This document shows positions 24,922 through 37,483 of a stretch of 64,000 nucleotides of DNA, in pieces (positions within the stretch are counted from its first letter, which is position 1; each line of letters opens with the position of its first letter). Both the position numbers and the translations under genes were made by a program. The notes under the pieces are model-generated. The model was given only the letters and a program-made list of their open reading frames with translations. It searched no databases and was not told the DNA's origin. The stretch comes from Vezdaea acicularis (Eukaryota): assembly GCA_026025075.1 (NCBI GenBank), contig JAPEUI010000026.1:1-64000 (forward strand), in the 5' to 3' direction.

Positions 24922-26514
24922 GTGGATTAGAAGGCGTCATCACCAGTAACTTTCGACATCCTTCTATCGCTGTATATAGTTTAGAACAACGGGCAGGAAA
25001 GGGACGATTGACTTACACCCCACTCTTCCTATTATCGAGACATGCTGGATAACGCCCAAGGTGCTAATTTGTACAACTTGAAAGTGCAGAGATGCAACTG
25101 AAGACTCGCATGAGACCTGCATGAGAAGCCATAGTAAATTCGATGAATGTTTTCAGTTTCGTTCATGATCTCTTGGTGCATCTTCTAATAGGTACATCTC
25201 GGGCAGATCTTTCTTCGGAGCTCTTCCTTGGGAAATTGTAACCCTTTTGGGTCTACTGACGCTTTGGCGAGGATGCTCATCCGTACTCTACTCAGCAGTC
25301 CTCGTGTACATGTCTACTGCAGATTTAGGATGACCTCATGCTGCGAAAGTGCCATCTCACAGGCTTATCGAGTCCTACATCCTTCTCATGGCAGAGATGT
25401 TTTGGAAAGGGACTATGATCCTCCCCTTGTGCCATAAGCGTCACTAGTAATGTGGTATCTAGTAGCTGAAATACCCATATCACGGGTATATATTATTATT
25501 GCCTGTGAGTGGACAGTGGGATGGAGGGGTTGGTCAAAGCTCCATCGGCATTTTGTTCTATCGCTAGTACATTTTGTCCGCATTCATCATAGCGTCCACC
25601 CAACGGTCACAGAGGCTCAAGCCTCTCTCCGCCAGACTTAAACAGGCATATAAGTCCTTGCCCATGTTCAGCGCTTTAGAAGATGGGGCGAAATACCGAG
25701 ATGCGAGTAGGTGTGGGGAGCGTTCTCAAGGCAAGGCCTCGCCAAAGCCATTCCTTTGAAGCACGCTTTGGGGTCTTGCGCCGAAGCCAGCCAATGATTG
25801 CCGCAGCGGCGGATTGCCGGACTGATGCTTGTCATAAGAATACACAGACTTTCAGAACTTCCACCCTCTGCACCCGGCGAGTGGCCAACGTTAAACAGTC
25901 GTGGCTGCTCACACACAACCGGAAAGGACTGCAAGTCCACGAGCCTTCTACTGTAGAACGATACCGACGGCTCCCACGATGCCGCCACCACTACCAAGCC
26001 CTGCCCGGCCGTAGTCCGAAAGATGGGTTCCTTTCCTTCCATTTTGTGCAGCAAGAAAGCGCCCGCTAGAGAGCGGCACTGGCGCGAATGAGCTGCCACC
26101 GCTCTCCAACCGCAAACGATTGACGCAGCACGATAAGAGCCCCGCCGGCATGTTTCTTACTGATCTTGCCGGTCATAGCTGGGGGACGTATGACTACGCA
26201 ATTTCAAGCTGGCGAGATTTGTATTTACTGAACGTCAAGCCACAGAAGAAGCTCATCGACATTTTCTGGATGGGCGTCTTCATACGCTCCCTTCACTCAC
26301 AATGCGTCCCGCTCTGTATATAGCTGGCCCTAGGTGAAACCATCCTTATGAGCGGTCCGAAAAGGTCTTTACGTCCAGAAGGAAACGAAGTGAATATTAG
26401 GCGTTTAACTTGGGCCCGCCAATCCTAAGAGCATCGGTGCTGCCTCCGTGACTCCTAAACCATCAGAGAGCACTGGGCAAGGACCACCAACTCACCACGA
26501 GAACTCCCTTTGAG

Positions 26515-28200
26515 ATGGCGATTGAGTTCAGATTCCCGGCTTTGCCTCAATCGACAACTATGAATCTCGCAATCCTCGGCCTCGGCTTGACCTTCATCGT
26601 CACCTCATTATTCTACTTCATCCTCTCTCAAAAGCAGCGGACCGTCCTCTTCACAAGATTCAACATCCCCCGCCGGCGCACATCTGGGGCCACAACTCCA
26701 CCACGCGCTTTCACTCCAGACCAAAAGGGCCCAAACTTCGCGCCAACGTCGGACTATAAAGATGTCTTCCCGCCTTCCCGAAGAGCATCACTTGCCAATA
26801 TCAACTCGATTCCTCCCAAGGTCAAACGCCGCCTTTCAATCCAGACTGGCGTCTCACCTACCTCACCAACAGTCCTAAGCCCAATCGCCCCGCTGTCGAC
26901 CCCTTTGGATGAATGCGCAACACCAACATACACCCCAACGGAGTTCTCGAATGAGGATATTCTAGCTCTGGGAGATTTTCCCGACTATGCCAAACTCAGC
27001 GGCGTGCCATTGCCGCAGGCTTATCCAGAGTTTGATATCAATAGGGCGATACCGCGCCCCTATCGGCCGTTCAGATGGGCCTATCACCAGACTATGTGTA
27101 TGCAACCGTTCCTTCTCACGCCTTGCTTGCGCCGTAACTAACATGTCATTTTAGCCCTTACCAAACTTGAGCCAGACTGGTGGTTAGAACTCGAAAACAC
27201 GTACGCGCAACGAATTGCTGAACGCAAATCGCTACAGGCCAAGTACGGCAAGATGGTACTCGATTACCTCCCTGGGTCTGAATTAGCTTGCAAGGAGATC
27301 ATGGAAATGGCCCTGCAATTCCTTTGCGCGCGGTACCCGCACTACTTCCGCCTCTCGGATGACAAGACGACCTTCCACAACGGCATCCTCAAGAACGAGA
27401 CCAAGATCAAGGAGATGCACCCGCTCCACGTACTGCTCGAGAACGTGCCCGAAGACTTTGCAGTCATGCTGCGCAACCCGGACAACGGCTTCTACTACCT
27501 CCGCGCGGGCGTGCTATGCAGCGCCCTGGGCTGGAACCTGAGCACCAAGCTCGGCCTGCAGCTGCATGAGATCCACGCGCCGATCCCGGATTACAAGGAG
27601 AAGATGCAGTTCTCAATGGACAGGTTCGTCCCTCCTTTTCCTCTCCTTCCAATCACCCCTGAAGCCAGCTCCTCCCCTCAACCTACGCTACCCCTTCTCT
27701 CAACTAACACCCGCTCCAGATACTTCTCGAAAATGCCGACCGACCGCCCCATCCAGCGCGGCAGCTGGGGTCTCGAAATCGACACCCCCCTCTTCATGCC
27801 GCCCGGCGACCCCCACGAAGCCTACCGCGAGAAACAACTCGCCTCCCTCCCCCTCTCGCGCTGCCACCTCCGCGTCGACTGGCAGACCCTCCGCCGGCTC
27901 CCCCTCAGCGCTGCCATCATCTTCAACTTCAAAGCGCTCTTCACTCCCATCGAGAAGTTTCGGCACGAACCCTACGTCCCCGCCCTCTGCCTCGAGATCC
28001 TGCGAAAGGGAAAGAAGGAGCTCATGGCGTATAAGAATACGTGGCATGTCGAACATGTGGTCGTTCCGGCGCTGGAACGCTTTGTCGCCGAGCAGAGGGA
28101 GAAGGGCGTCGTGGAGGAGGGGTGGGAGGTTAGGACGCTGGAAGAGGCGCCTTGGTTTCCGGGCTGGGAGGAGATGTGGCATCGAGAGCAGGGGTTTTGA
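26515..28200 (+). CDS. DUF3445 / heme-dependent oxidative N-demethylase alpha-like protein with N-terminal TM, 3 exons
   Basis: PRPYRPFRWAYHQTM|ALTKLEPDWWLELENTY, LCARYPHYF, VPEDFAVM, IHAPIPDYKEKM, IQRGSWG, RVDWQTLRRLPLS. Introns ~27096-27154 and 27624-27719. Start may be 26515 or 26560. Confidence 0.85.
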
Positions 28201-29027
28201 GAGGGGTGTGCTTGGTGAAGGGTTTTCTTTTCTTCCGGAAAGGTGGTAGGGGGCGGGGTTAAGGGGGGGTCACGCGGGGTAAGGCGGGTAAGGGGTTCAG
28301 GGGATTGAAGCGTATTAGGCGATGTGAAACACGTGGAAATCATGCATCCTCGCATCATCTGTGGGGAAGAGGGGGAGGCTCTTCTCGGTAGTAGCGGCCT
28401 AAATCTATTCATATCAATCTCACTCACCACCTCTTATGTCGTAGCCAGCCAATCCAGTCCATGAAAAAATCAAAATGGGTGGGAGGGGAGGGCGAGGGAG
28501 GAAGGGAGTGTTATTTCAGTAGCAATAGCAATTTATACCATCATTATCACTATCATCATCTATATCATCTGTTCATATCATATCACACCACATCACATCA
28601 CATACAAGCACACACGAGTCCAAAGGACCGAAAAATCTTTTCTATTACAAAGAAACCAGCCCACATAAAACCCCAGTCCGCCCATCCCTGACAAGAAAAG
28701 GCGCCATGCAGTCAGAAAAGAGGGTATGTGTCCCACGCTTGCGGATTGTAGATCCCAGAAAGAGGTGCTCGCTCGCTCGCTTGTTTGTTGTAGAAAATGG
28801 GGGACTGTCCTCGGATTTGGGAAAGGGTGGGAGTGTATTTGATGGATAGATGGGTGAAAGGGTGATGATGAGGGGGCGCGCATATACGCTCTTTCCACCA
28901 CGAGAGGCTTGCTGCTTGCGTCGCTTGATATGAGACGCTTGCATATCTTCCCTCTCTTCCCATATCCATCGGCACCCTCCCCACTTCCCCACGAGGCAGA
29001 GGGACAAGAGACATGGTGAGGAAGGGC

Positions 29028-30523
29028 CTAAACGGTATTCTCGCCCTGAGTCTTCGCGAGTTCCTTTTCCATCTTCCGCTTGGCGGTGCCAAGGCCACTG
29101 ACGCCCTTCTCTTGGCGTTTGCCGAGCCAGGGCTTGCGGCTCTCGCCAAGATATCCGCTCATGATGAAGTAGATGAAGCAGCCGATGATGATCATGACGA
29201 AGGCGATGGGATAGAGATAGTGGACCGAGTAGCCAAAGACTCGGGTGCCGATGATGACGCCCCAGAAGGCGCTGGTGAGGCCGGAGATATTGAAGAAGGC
29301 GGCGGAGCAGAGACGGAGCAGGACGGGGCAGAGGATGTAGAAGAGGGCGAGGAGGAGGGTGTAGCCGGAGAGGTAGCCGCCGACTTTGCCGGACCACTGG
29401 GCGTTGCGCAGGCCGTCGCGGGCGAAGATGGCCGCTTGCACGCCGTTGATGAAGGTGGCCCAGAAGGCGAGCTGGCCGAGGACTTCGTACACGGGCCGTT
29501 CGCTGACGAGGAATTCTTGGATGATGTTCGAGAAGCCGTACATGATGGCGGCGAGCAGCACAAAGAGGTCGCCCTTGACGGGGTTGGGCGCCGAGGTGGA
29601 GTCGGCGCCGGTGATGTGGTCGGAGCCGATGAGCACCCCCACGCCGCCGATGCAGAGCAGGATACCCGCGATCTGCGTCCAGTGGTACCGGACGCCGAGC
29701 ACGGAGAAGGAGACGATGACGACGACGATGATGGAGCAGAAGTTGATGAGCTGCGCGGAAAGGATGTTTGTGTATTGGTAGCCGAGCACGATGAAGAAGT
29801 TGCCCTGGACGTCGGCAAAGGCAAAGATGAAGTCTGCATTTGAGAAGTGCGTGTTAGATTGCTGCTTAAGAGATCTGGGGGAGATGAAAGCAAAGGAACC
29901 TCGGAATTAAGGCGCGTGGGAATAGAGAAAATGGAAATGGAATCATAGGACAAGGGGCAGACACGCACATTTCCAGCCATCGTGGATGCAGATCTTGAGC
30001 CACTTCTTGAAGCCGTATTTGTAGAGGGTGTAGGGCGTGAAGATGACATTGAGAACGACGTAGTTGAGGAGCGTCTGGAAGGCGGGGATGTTCGCGCCGT
30101 TATTGGTCAGGAGCTGAGTGAAGGTGTTTGTGCTCGTGAGGCAGAGGGAGAGGATTTGACTGCGCAGCAGAGACTGATTAGCTTCAAAATTTTTTCTGGC
30201 AGAGCTAGGCCGTCTCTATTTGCGGTCTGAGGGCATCTGACGGCGCATTGGAGGCGCTGCTGGACCTCTTACCTGATGACCAGCGCAATGTAAAACTCTT
30301 TCCTTTTCAAGAAGGCGAACAGATGTCTCTTCTGGTCGGCGATGATGATGGGCTCGCCGTTCTCGCCCAGCACCTCCGGGGCGCCATGCTCGGCGGGTGT
30401 GCCCTCGGACGAGCTGTGGTCGGCGCTGTCGCTGCTCTCAATGGGCATCTTCTCGTTCGTGATGGCGACGGGGACGATGCCATCGTCGGCCGCCTTCGTA
30501 GTGGGCGCAATCATCTCAACCAT
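29028..30523 (-). CDS. SLC35F-family (DUF914) solute carrier, 3 exons
   Basis: SQILSLCLTSTNTF, NIPAFQT, DVQGNFFIVLGYQYTNILSAQL, GDLFVLLAAIMYGFSNIIQEF, SAAFFNISGLTSAFW; about 10 hydrophobic segments. Introns 30271-30160 and 29968-29834. Confidence 0.9.
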
Positions 30524-33500
30524 ATTGGCCGATGTCGCGAGCCAGTCAGAGAACTCGACCGCTTCTCTTCGCTTCGGTCACGAGGTGGGACAGTGCGACC
30601 GACCCCAAGCAAACCGCCTCAAAGAGAGATATGATCGTGTCACGGAGAATCGTCAACCTCACGTCCACGCTGGTCGACCGAAGTGCAAAGACGATGTACG
30701 GTGGAAGAACAGTCAAGTCCTCCAGTGGGTGTCGGCGAGAGAAAGAGTAAATACGGGCGGGGACGGCGCCTGGGTTTTGTAAAAGCCGTTGCGGGCGTTG
30801 CGGCTTTGCTCGCTGGGAGTGGCCGGTTGTCGGCCAGTCGGCCAAGCAGACGGGAGCAGCTCTAAGCTCGACCCGCAGGGACGGCTCGTTACCCGCGCCC
30901 GATTCCCTCGCGCACCCCCCCAAGTCCAAGGGCCCAGCCATGCCCAGCCATCGCCCATCCGTGCGTGCAGCAGAAGGCCCGCGGGCCGTGTCCCAGGGTC
31001 CGCCGCCTCGCTTGCAGTGGGAAGAAGCTCTGGCCGCCATCGCGACGGGGCGGGCCTGTGCGAGGATGGGGGAGCGCGGACTTATTGGCTGTGGACCCTT
31101 GATAAGATCGCAATGGAGGGGGGGGGGGGGGGCATCCCGATATTCCGCAAGCCCGGCGTGGCAAACCCCCATCGCATACCAACAGCGCGTTGATGGGGGG
31201 GGAAGGAAGAGACGGTGGGGCTTCTCATCCTGGGCATTGCGCGCGTGTGTGTCAGGACGTTTCTATCTCGGAGAGATACAGTGTCGTCGAGATGTGGGGA
31301 CCGACCCAGAGGGACGAGATTGCGGCATTGAAGGAGGCGCTCGTCCTGTACTGGATAGGCAAGACACGAATGTCCACGCTGCGAGCCTCGTTGCCGCTTC
31401 CATCGACCTTCCTATCGGTGGCTCTGAGACCGGACAGGACAGGACGAGACAGCATCCAGGACAGCGACGGATGGGGAGAAGGGTCCGTTGGGGGCGCCGG
31501 AAAAGAAAAAGGAAAAAGGAAAAGGCACACCAATCCTCGTCTCGCGCGACGTCGACCTGGACTCTCCACTCTCGCCAGTCGCTTGCCGGAGTCGCTGCTC
31601 TGCTCAACTCAACCTCTCGATGTCGATCTTGCTTTTGCGTCGCACGTCGGTTAGGCCGGTGGTGCGCGTTAGGTATTGGGTGCAGAGAAGGCGTGGCGTG
31701 GGATCCCTGGCAACAAGAAGAGGGTTCGGGTAGTGCACAAGGGACCGATTCCCTCTCCCTCCATCTCCACGCGAGGAGACGACCCTTGAGGGTGTTGGTG
31801 GACGGGGGGCTTTCGGGTCAATCTCCCCATCTGGCGCTCTGGCTGTTTCAACACGAACACGGATGAGGGGAAGGAGGAATAAGAAGAAGAGGAGATGGAA
31901 GGAGACACAAAACAATATGGGCAGCAAGATACGGCGAGAAGCGAGAGTTGTCCATTCGATGCGACTCTCCCTCGATATGTTGCCGACGGAACTGGATAAG
32001 CTGGTGCACCCTCATGCTCTCACCGGCTGTTCGGGGCTTGCATAATCCATGGACTAGGGCGATGCATCCCCGCCACGGACACGCAACCACCATGCCACCG
32101 AACGGGCTGCTGGCGAAGGGAATGACTTTCGGCCCCGGCGTCTATGAGCATCTCGCATGGGGGCCAGACTGATGCCAAGCAAACGCCCTCCCCACCCAGA
32201 CGCAGCTCGCGCCGGCAATTACTCACGGCCTTCAGTCACACCTGCCGACCCCAAGCCTCCTCACCACTTACATCCTCCGATACCTCAGACTCATGCGAGG
32301 AGCGAGACCCGGAGTCTGGGACATCCCCAACCGCAGCGGGGTTAAGATCTTCACAAACGCCACATACCCGACAGACTTGGGCCTGGGACGCATGTAGCTG
32401 CATTCGCCTTTCGACGTGGAAGCGAATGATATCGCGTCGACAAGCGCTGATGGCGGAGCGAGCATGAATGGGAATGCAGAACCGGCTCGGCGGGGGATGG
32501 GATTGGTTCGGGGTGAGTGTTCTTCTGATTGGTGTTGCCCCGTTTCTGGGACTGGAGTCTTGGGCTTTGGATTACGTTTCTGCCTCCAGTAGTGGCTCCT
32601 CTGCATCGGGGCTTGGCTTTTACCCGTATTATCTCAAATCCTGTTCAGTGAGCATTTGAGGATGTGGGCAACGGAGAGGAATCAGATGCTCTTACCATGG
32701 GGAACTCGAACAGAGGAGACACGATCGAGAAGCAGTCTCGATGAGAGCGAGACCTATTTGTAGAGTATAGTATGAAGTATAAAGTATCCTCATTCGACTG
32801 TGACGGGAGCAAAGCGTTCGATCCGGATCTGCCCGAGCTTACCTGTCTCCTGTTACACTGTGTGACTTGACGTGTCATTAAAAATGACAACCAATCACTT
32901 CACGCGTCGGCCCCAAAGTATCTTCGTGAACCGAACTGTCAAAAGTCCAGCGACTCAGTTGAGACCATTAATTTTGTCATTATTAGGGTTAGTAATTTGC
33001 CCCCAATGAAAGATTTTGACATATCTTTCTAGAGGTACATGTGACCGAATAGGATCTACTCAAAGCATACCCTGTGGCCAGAAAATAAGCCTGTCCCGCT
33101 TTGTGGCGAGGTGGTGTAGCGGCTTATTGCGAAGCATCGACGGCGACTCTTAGCTACAAATAGAAGATAATTTGTTTCCTGTGGGCTCCATAGACAAAGA
33201 CCTAGCGTAATTTATACCAAGGACAGTCGAATGGTGCTAATATGGCCATCGCCCTCGACGCCGTCAAAGGTATAGCAGGAGATCGAGTTTCTCAAGATTT
33301 TTCGACGTTGGGAGACGGTAAGACGACATGGAGGATTGGTAACATGAGGTAGATATATGAGGGGTGGTAATTCCAATTCTGCAACTGCTCATTTTCTCGA
33401 ATGCTTTCCACCATTTCTCCATATAGATTTACTTTATACCGATATGACTTCGTGCGAAGTGTAAGTTATGGTTGAATTTCTCCTGAACGCCTTGAAATAT

Positions 33501-34063
33501 AGCACTGAAATAGCCAAAAGATTCGCGTTTGCCTTCTGCCTGTGAGCTATACCACTAGAGTCCGCTTGAAGCACAAGACCACCGACGACAAACTTAGCAC
33601 TGCCAATCCCCGAGAAACGAGCCTTGAGGAATGGCTTGGACCCCTTCATATCTTCCGAAGCAGCCCTGCGCAAGAAGCGCTGATCAGGCAACAATAAAGA
33701 TGATGGAGGACGTGATTCTGGATTGAGCACTTGTGCTGTGAAGAAGTTTACGGCCAGGCAATGGGACTGAGATGCCTTCCTGATCGACGTCGAAGAGATC
33801 AGTCAAAGCCATACGTATTCGGGAGAAAGAATAGGACTGCTTTGGTGAAGGGATTGAGGTAGGTAGGATGAATCGAACTATGTACGCTCGTCAACTGCTT
33901 TCCCCTCTCTTTCAGATTCATGAGCCAACATTGTGGATTGGTGGGCTGCGAGAGCGTTTAGTCTCCTGGCAATTGGGCTCCCCTTTGGCTGAAAAGTGTA
34001 GCCTCTTAACACTCGTCCTAGGCAGGTTCTAGGACCTGGCTTAAGTCTTGAAGGCAGAGTTGC

Positions 34064-34157
34064 TTGGAACTTACCTTGGCCCAATATCAAGTAACCTTTG
34101 AACGAGCTTTTTGGAACTTCTCTTGGCCCAATATCAAGTAACCTTTGACCGAGCTTT
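34064..34157. repeat. 47-bp tandem duplication
   Basis: 34064-34110 versus 34111-34157 (ttggaactt..cttggcccaatatcaagtaacctttga.cgagcttt), 3 mismatches. Confidence 0.92.
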
Positions 34158-34700
34158 TCGGGCAAATTCTTGCCAGAACGACCGAGGTGTAACTGTCAGC
34201 TAACACCACTAGCTCTGATCACACGCCTGTGAAAGAATGGCATTGTTCATCATCATTATTATCCGTGTTCAGTCGCGCTGTAGCGGGACATCAGCCCCCC
34301 GACCTTGAACACAGTTTCTTTGTGTTCATAGGCAAACCTTTGCCAGGTGAATAAGATGTGTGTCGAAGCATCGTTTAGTGGCACTGTGTTGAGTGGAAGA
34401 TATTTAGTCTAGCACTTTTGACTGATCTCTCCTTCTCTTTTTTTTTCACGATACTTTATACCACTGAGAATAGTCTCTGGCTTCGAGCTTTCAGAGTATT
34501 TTTTTCCTTCAGAGTACCCCTTAGCTGCTGCACATAGCATTTGATAGTTAACGTCAGGAACACCAAGCGCAGCAGCTCTCTCTTCTTGAGTTGCTTTTGC
34601 CCCTACAGATTAGAAATACTTTAGGTACTTTACACGACAAGTAGGTAGTCCAAGAAGGCCGTTATCTTTGTGAACTGATAGTAACAGTGGAATAGAGAAA

Positions 34701-35816
34701 ATGGACTACTTGGGCAGATCATACAACGGGACGCCAAACCATCGACATCCAGTCAATGGTTCGTTGGATGATCCAGTAATACCCACCGGGGAGGAATTGG
34801 AGGTAGTTGACGTTGATCCGACGGGCGATGCCATAATAAGCACAGGGACTATGTCCATAAGAGTCTCTTCGCATTTGATGTCACAAAGCAGTCCAGTTTT
34901 TCGTTCCATGCTGAAGGGCAGGTTCATGGAAGGGCTAACTGAAGGAACCCCTCAAAATCCGAAATTGACCGCCGTTAAGGAAGATGTTCCTGATGAGCAT
35001 CTCCTAGAATTCTGCCGTCTTATCCATCACACGATCGACGACCCCAAGGACTTCACACAGGAGGAAGCCTTGATCATTAGTCTTGCTGATCTTTGTGCCA
35101 AGTACCAGTGCTATCGGGTCGCCAAGTACTGGGTGGCGTGCTGGTTCAACAAGCAAGACAGAGTTTCCGCGGAGGCTTCCCCTGGTTTGCTTTGGGCCAC
35201 CCATGTGTTCAAGCTTGAGGAAGAATTCACAAAGGTTTCAAGCAGATGGGCAGCATCCATGAACAACACCGAAATAGAATCCCCAGTAACCAGGTGAAAG
35301 AATATACCTCGTGCGATGCCACAACGAATCATAGATGATCTCCGTGGTCTTCGGCAAAGGTTCATAAATGAGATCCGAAAAATGATCGAGGGCTATTGGA
35401 TTCAGCTCGAAATTGAGCCCGATGTTTCAAACCTTCCGCGTGTCTGGTGCGAGGAGTGTGGCAAATGGAGGCAGCGCTACGATATAACGCCCGGCTATGT
35501 CAACTGCCCCCGCTGCATGACTCCTCTCACTCATTTGGCAACCTGCCACCGGGAGTTACGACAATTCAACCTCAGAGCGTGGCTTGAGACAAGAAGGTTG
35601 TGGCCCTATGAGGTATTGGAGGTACAGAGTGCGGACTGGATCGTCGAAATAGCAGCCATAGACTTCTGGATCACCGATGGTTTGCACGCTAGCGCTGAAC
35701 AAGACGACTGCCTTTATCCGCGGATAATAAGTGAGATCCCGATGGCCTTCCAGGATCATCTTCATCGTCACGAGTTAATGGGCCTTAAACTCGGAGATTA
35801 CACATGGAGAGTGTAA
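34701..35816 (+). pseudogene. BTB/POZ-domain gene interrupted by an in-frame TGA (35295-35297); C-terminal part carries CxxC...CxxC
   Basis: ORF 34701..35297 has fungal BTB motifs (VDPTGDAII, IRVSSHLMSQSSPVFRSML.GRFMEG, LCAKYQC). ORF 35316..35816 continues in the same frame 18 nt after the stop. I found no frame-restoring intron. Confidence 0.6.
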
Positions 35817-36035
35817 TTACTTGGAAAGTGTAACGGAGGTGAGGAGGACGTCTTCTGGATTTCTGTAAATTGTGGTGTTTTTCAGCGCTTGGATAGGATA
35901 AGCCAAAAGGACCGTTTGTATTAGATGGGTTGAAAAAGGCTAATTTCCATGGGTTTATTGCGCGATACCCGGGAGGTCATCAGAGTATTTCAGGTAGTTA
36001 ATGTCGCAAGAATGTGAACGGGTCGTAAAGAGAGG

Positions 36036-36698
36036 TCAGAAGGTAGTCTTCTCGTCTCTTGTAATTTCAAACAATTCATCACTCAAAGCTCCAAGTTCTT
36101 CGCCTGCACAAGCCTTTAGAGCGCTCTTGACCTCTGCTATCGTTTCTTGTGACAGCCCCTCTGCTGAACAAGCGTAAACATCGATTCCCGCGGGTGTGAC
36201 ATGCGTCTTCGCGAAATAAGTGATGATGAGACTCTCCTTAGGGCCATCAGCATCTCTTGCGACCCCATTTCCATCTCTCCAGCCAAGGATCTCCCAATGA
36301 CTTGTCAGCAGCTTCAGAAGTCCTGCGCCTCTCCACTTATAGGTGCCATCCTTCTCTCCGAGAGTATCGATGCCGCGAATCGTTTTCAGCTTCTCCCCCT
36401 TTAGCGACTGGTACTCAACGAGGTCATCGATCCGGGGCTCGTCTTCCTTTCCTGGTGGTGGGGCCTTGGTCTTAAGGATATTTGCTAGCGCCTTGTTCAC
36501 GATCGATGGCCTTCTTCCAGCAGCGGACTCAGGAGCCGGGATCGCACTGTAGGTAATGGTAACATTACGATAAGAGCGCCACATGGGCAACGTGGAAAAG
36601 ATGATGTGCCATTTGCCTAGGAGAAAGGGTAGAGGTGGGGGCGTGAATGAGGAACCATCAGCGACATGGGTTGGCGGGCGCACTGATAGGACAGCCAT
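36036..36698 (-). CDS. Conserved fungal lipocalin/calycin-like hypothetical protein, single exon
   Basis: LLGKWHIIFSTLPMW..YRNVTITY, DDLVEYQ, GIDT, YKWRGAGLLKLLTSHWEILGW, TYFAKTHVTPAGIDVY; GxW motif near the N-terminus. Confidence 0.78.
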   Translation of the reverse strand: MAVLSVRPPTHVADGSSFTPPPLPFLLGKWHIIFSTLPMWRSYRNVTITYSAIPAPESAAGRRPSIVNKALANILKTKAPPPGKEDEPRIDDLVEYQSLKGEKLKTIRGIDTLGEKDGTYKWRGAGLLKLLTSHWEILGWRDGNGVARDADGPKESLIITYFAKTHVTPAGIDVYACSAEGLSQETIAEVKSALKACAGEELGALSDELFEITRDEKTTF

Positions 36699-37483
36699 CG
36701 GAGTACTCTAGTACAGGTCTTGCCTTACAACCTTGAGCGGGCGTGAAGGTTGTGGAACACTTGTGCAAACAGTGGCCGTACGGTAAAAAATGTGAGTGAA
36801 GCCAATGAGAAGCGCTGAGATACGAAGCCCGTAGAACTTAAAGGATGTACTACAAGTGGTAGTACAAGAAATCAATGGGGTTCTAAGCTACAACTTGACA
36901 GGGAAGAGACGCAGCAACATGCGCCTAGCCTTCACTCATTACAACCGCCATGATGTGCTATGCTCTGCACCCAAACAAACAGCACCGAGCATAGATCTCA
37001 GCCAATTTTATTGACGAAAGAGAGCTTCTGGAGTCTCGGCCTACGTTGGAAAGCAGCGTCGGATATTCGCAACGCCGTCTACCGACGAAGCTCTGATTTC
37101 AGAAACAAGCTTGACCTGAGTTAGGCCAACGCAGCTAGACGCGTGGCGTCAGAGGCCATTGTCTGATTATCAAGCAGGGTATCTGTGGTGCCTGAATGGG
37201 CTGCTAAGCGAGTTCTCGGACGAATTCCACCGAGTCCACATCGTTGCGTCAGGACTTCGTGCAGACTGCGCGCTATTCGGCTGCTTAAGGAAGATGAGCA
37301 CTGGAGGTAATCCTCCAAGCTCCCTTAGAAGGCAAGTTTGGCGCCGGGTCAATCGTACCGCCAGTGCTCCCGATAAGAGTCTGCGACATTGTATCCTTCA
37401 CTGAGAGCATGAACTACTAAAGTCGCGCCGCTTACGTCCCTCATATATCCATCACGGCTGCTACAGGAGATAAGCATCTGAGG

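Noticed and set aside
29013..29843. Long antisense and alternative-frame ORFs over SLC35F, the MEF2 3' end and DUF3445
   Set aside because: Shadow ORFs caused by very high GC3 in the real genes.
30160..30271. TPP riboswitch in an SLC35F intron
   Set aside because: The conserved aptamer segments are not present.
30940..31866. 308-codon ORF upstream of SLC35F
   Set aside because: Low complexity, crosses a poly-G run, no motifs.
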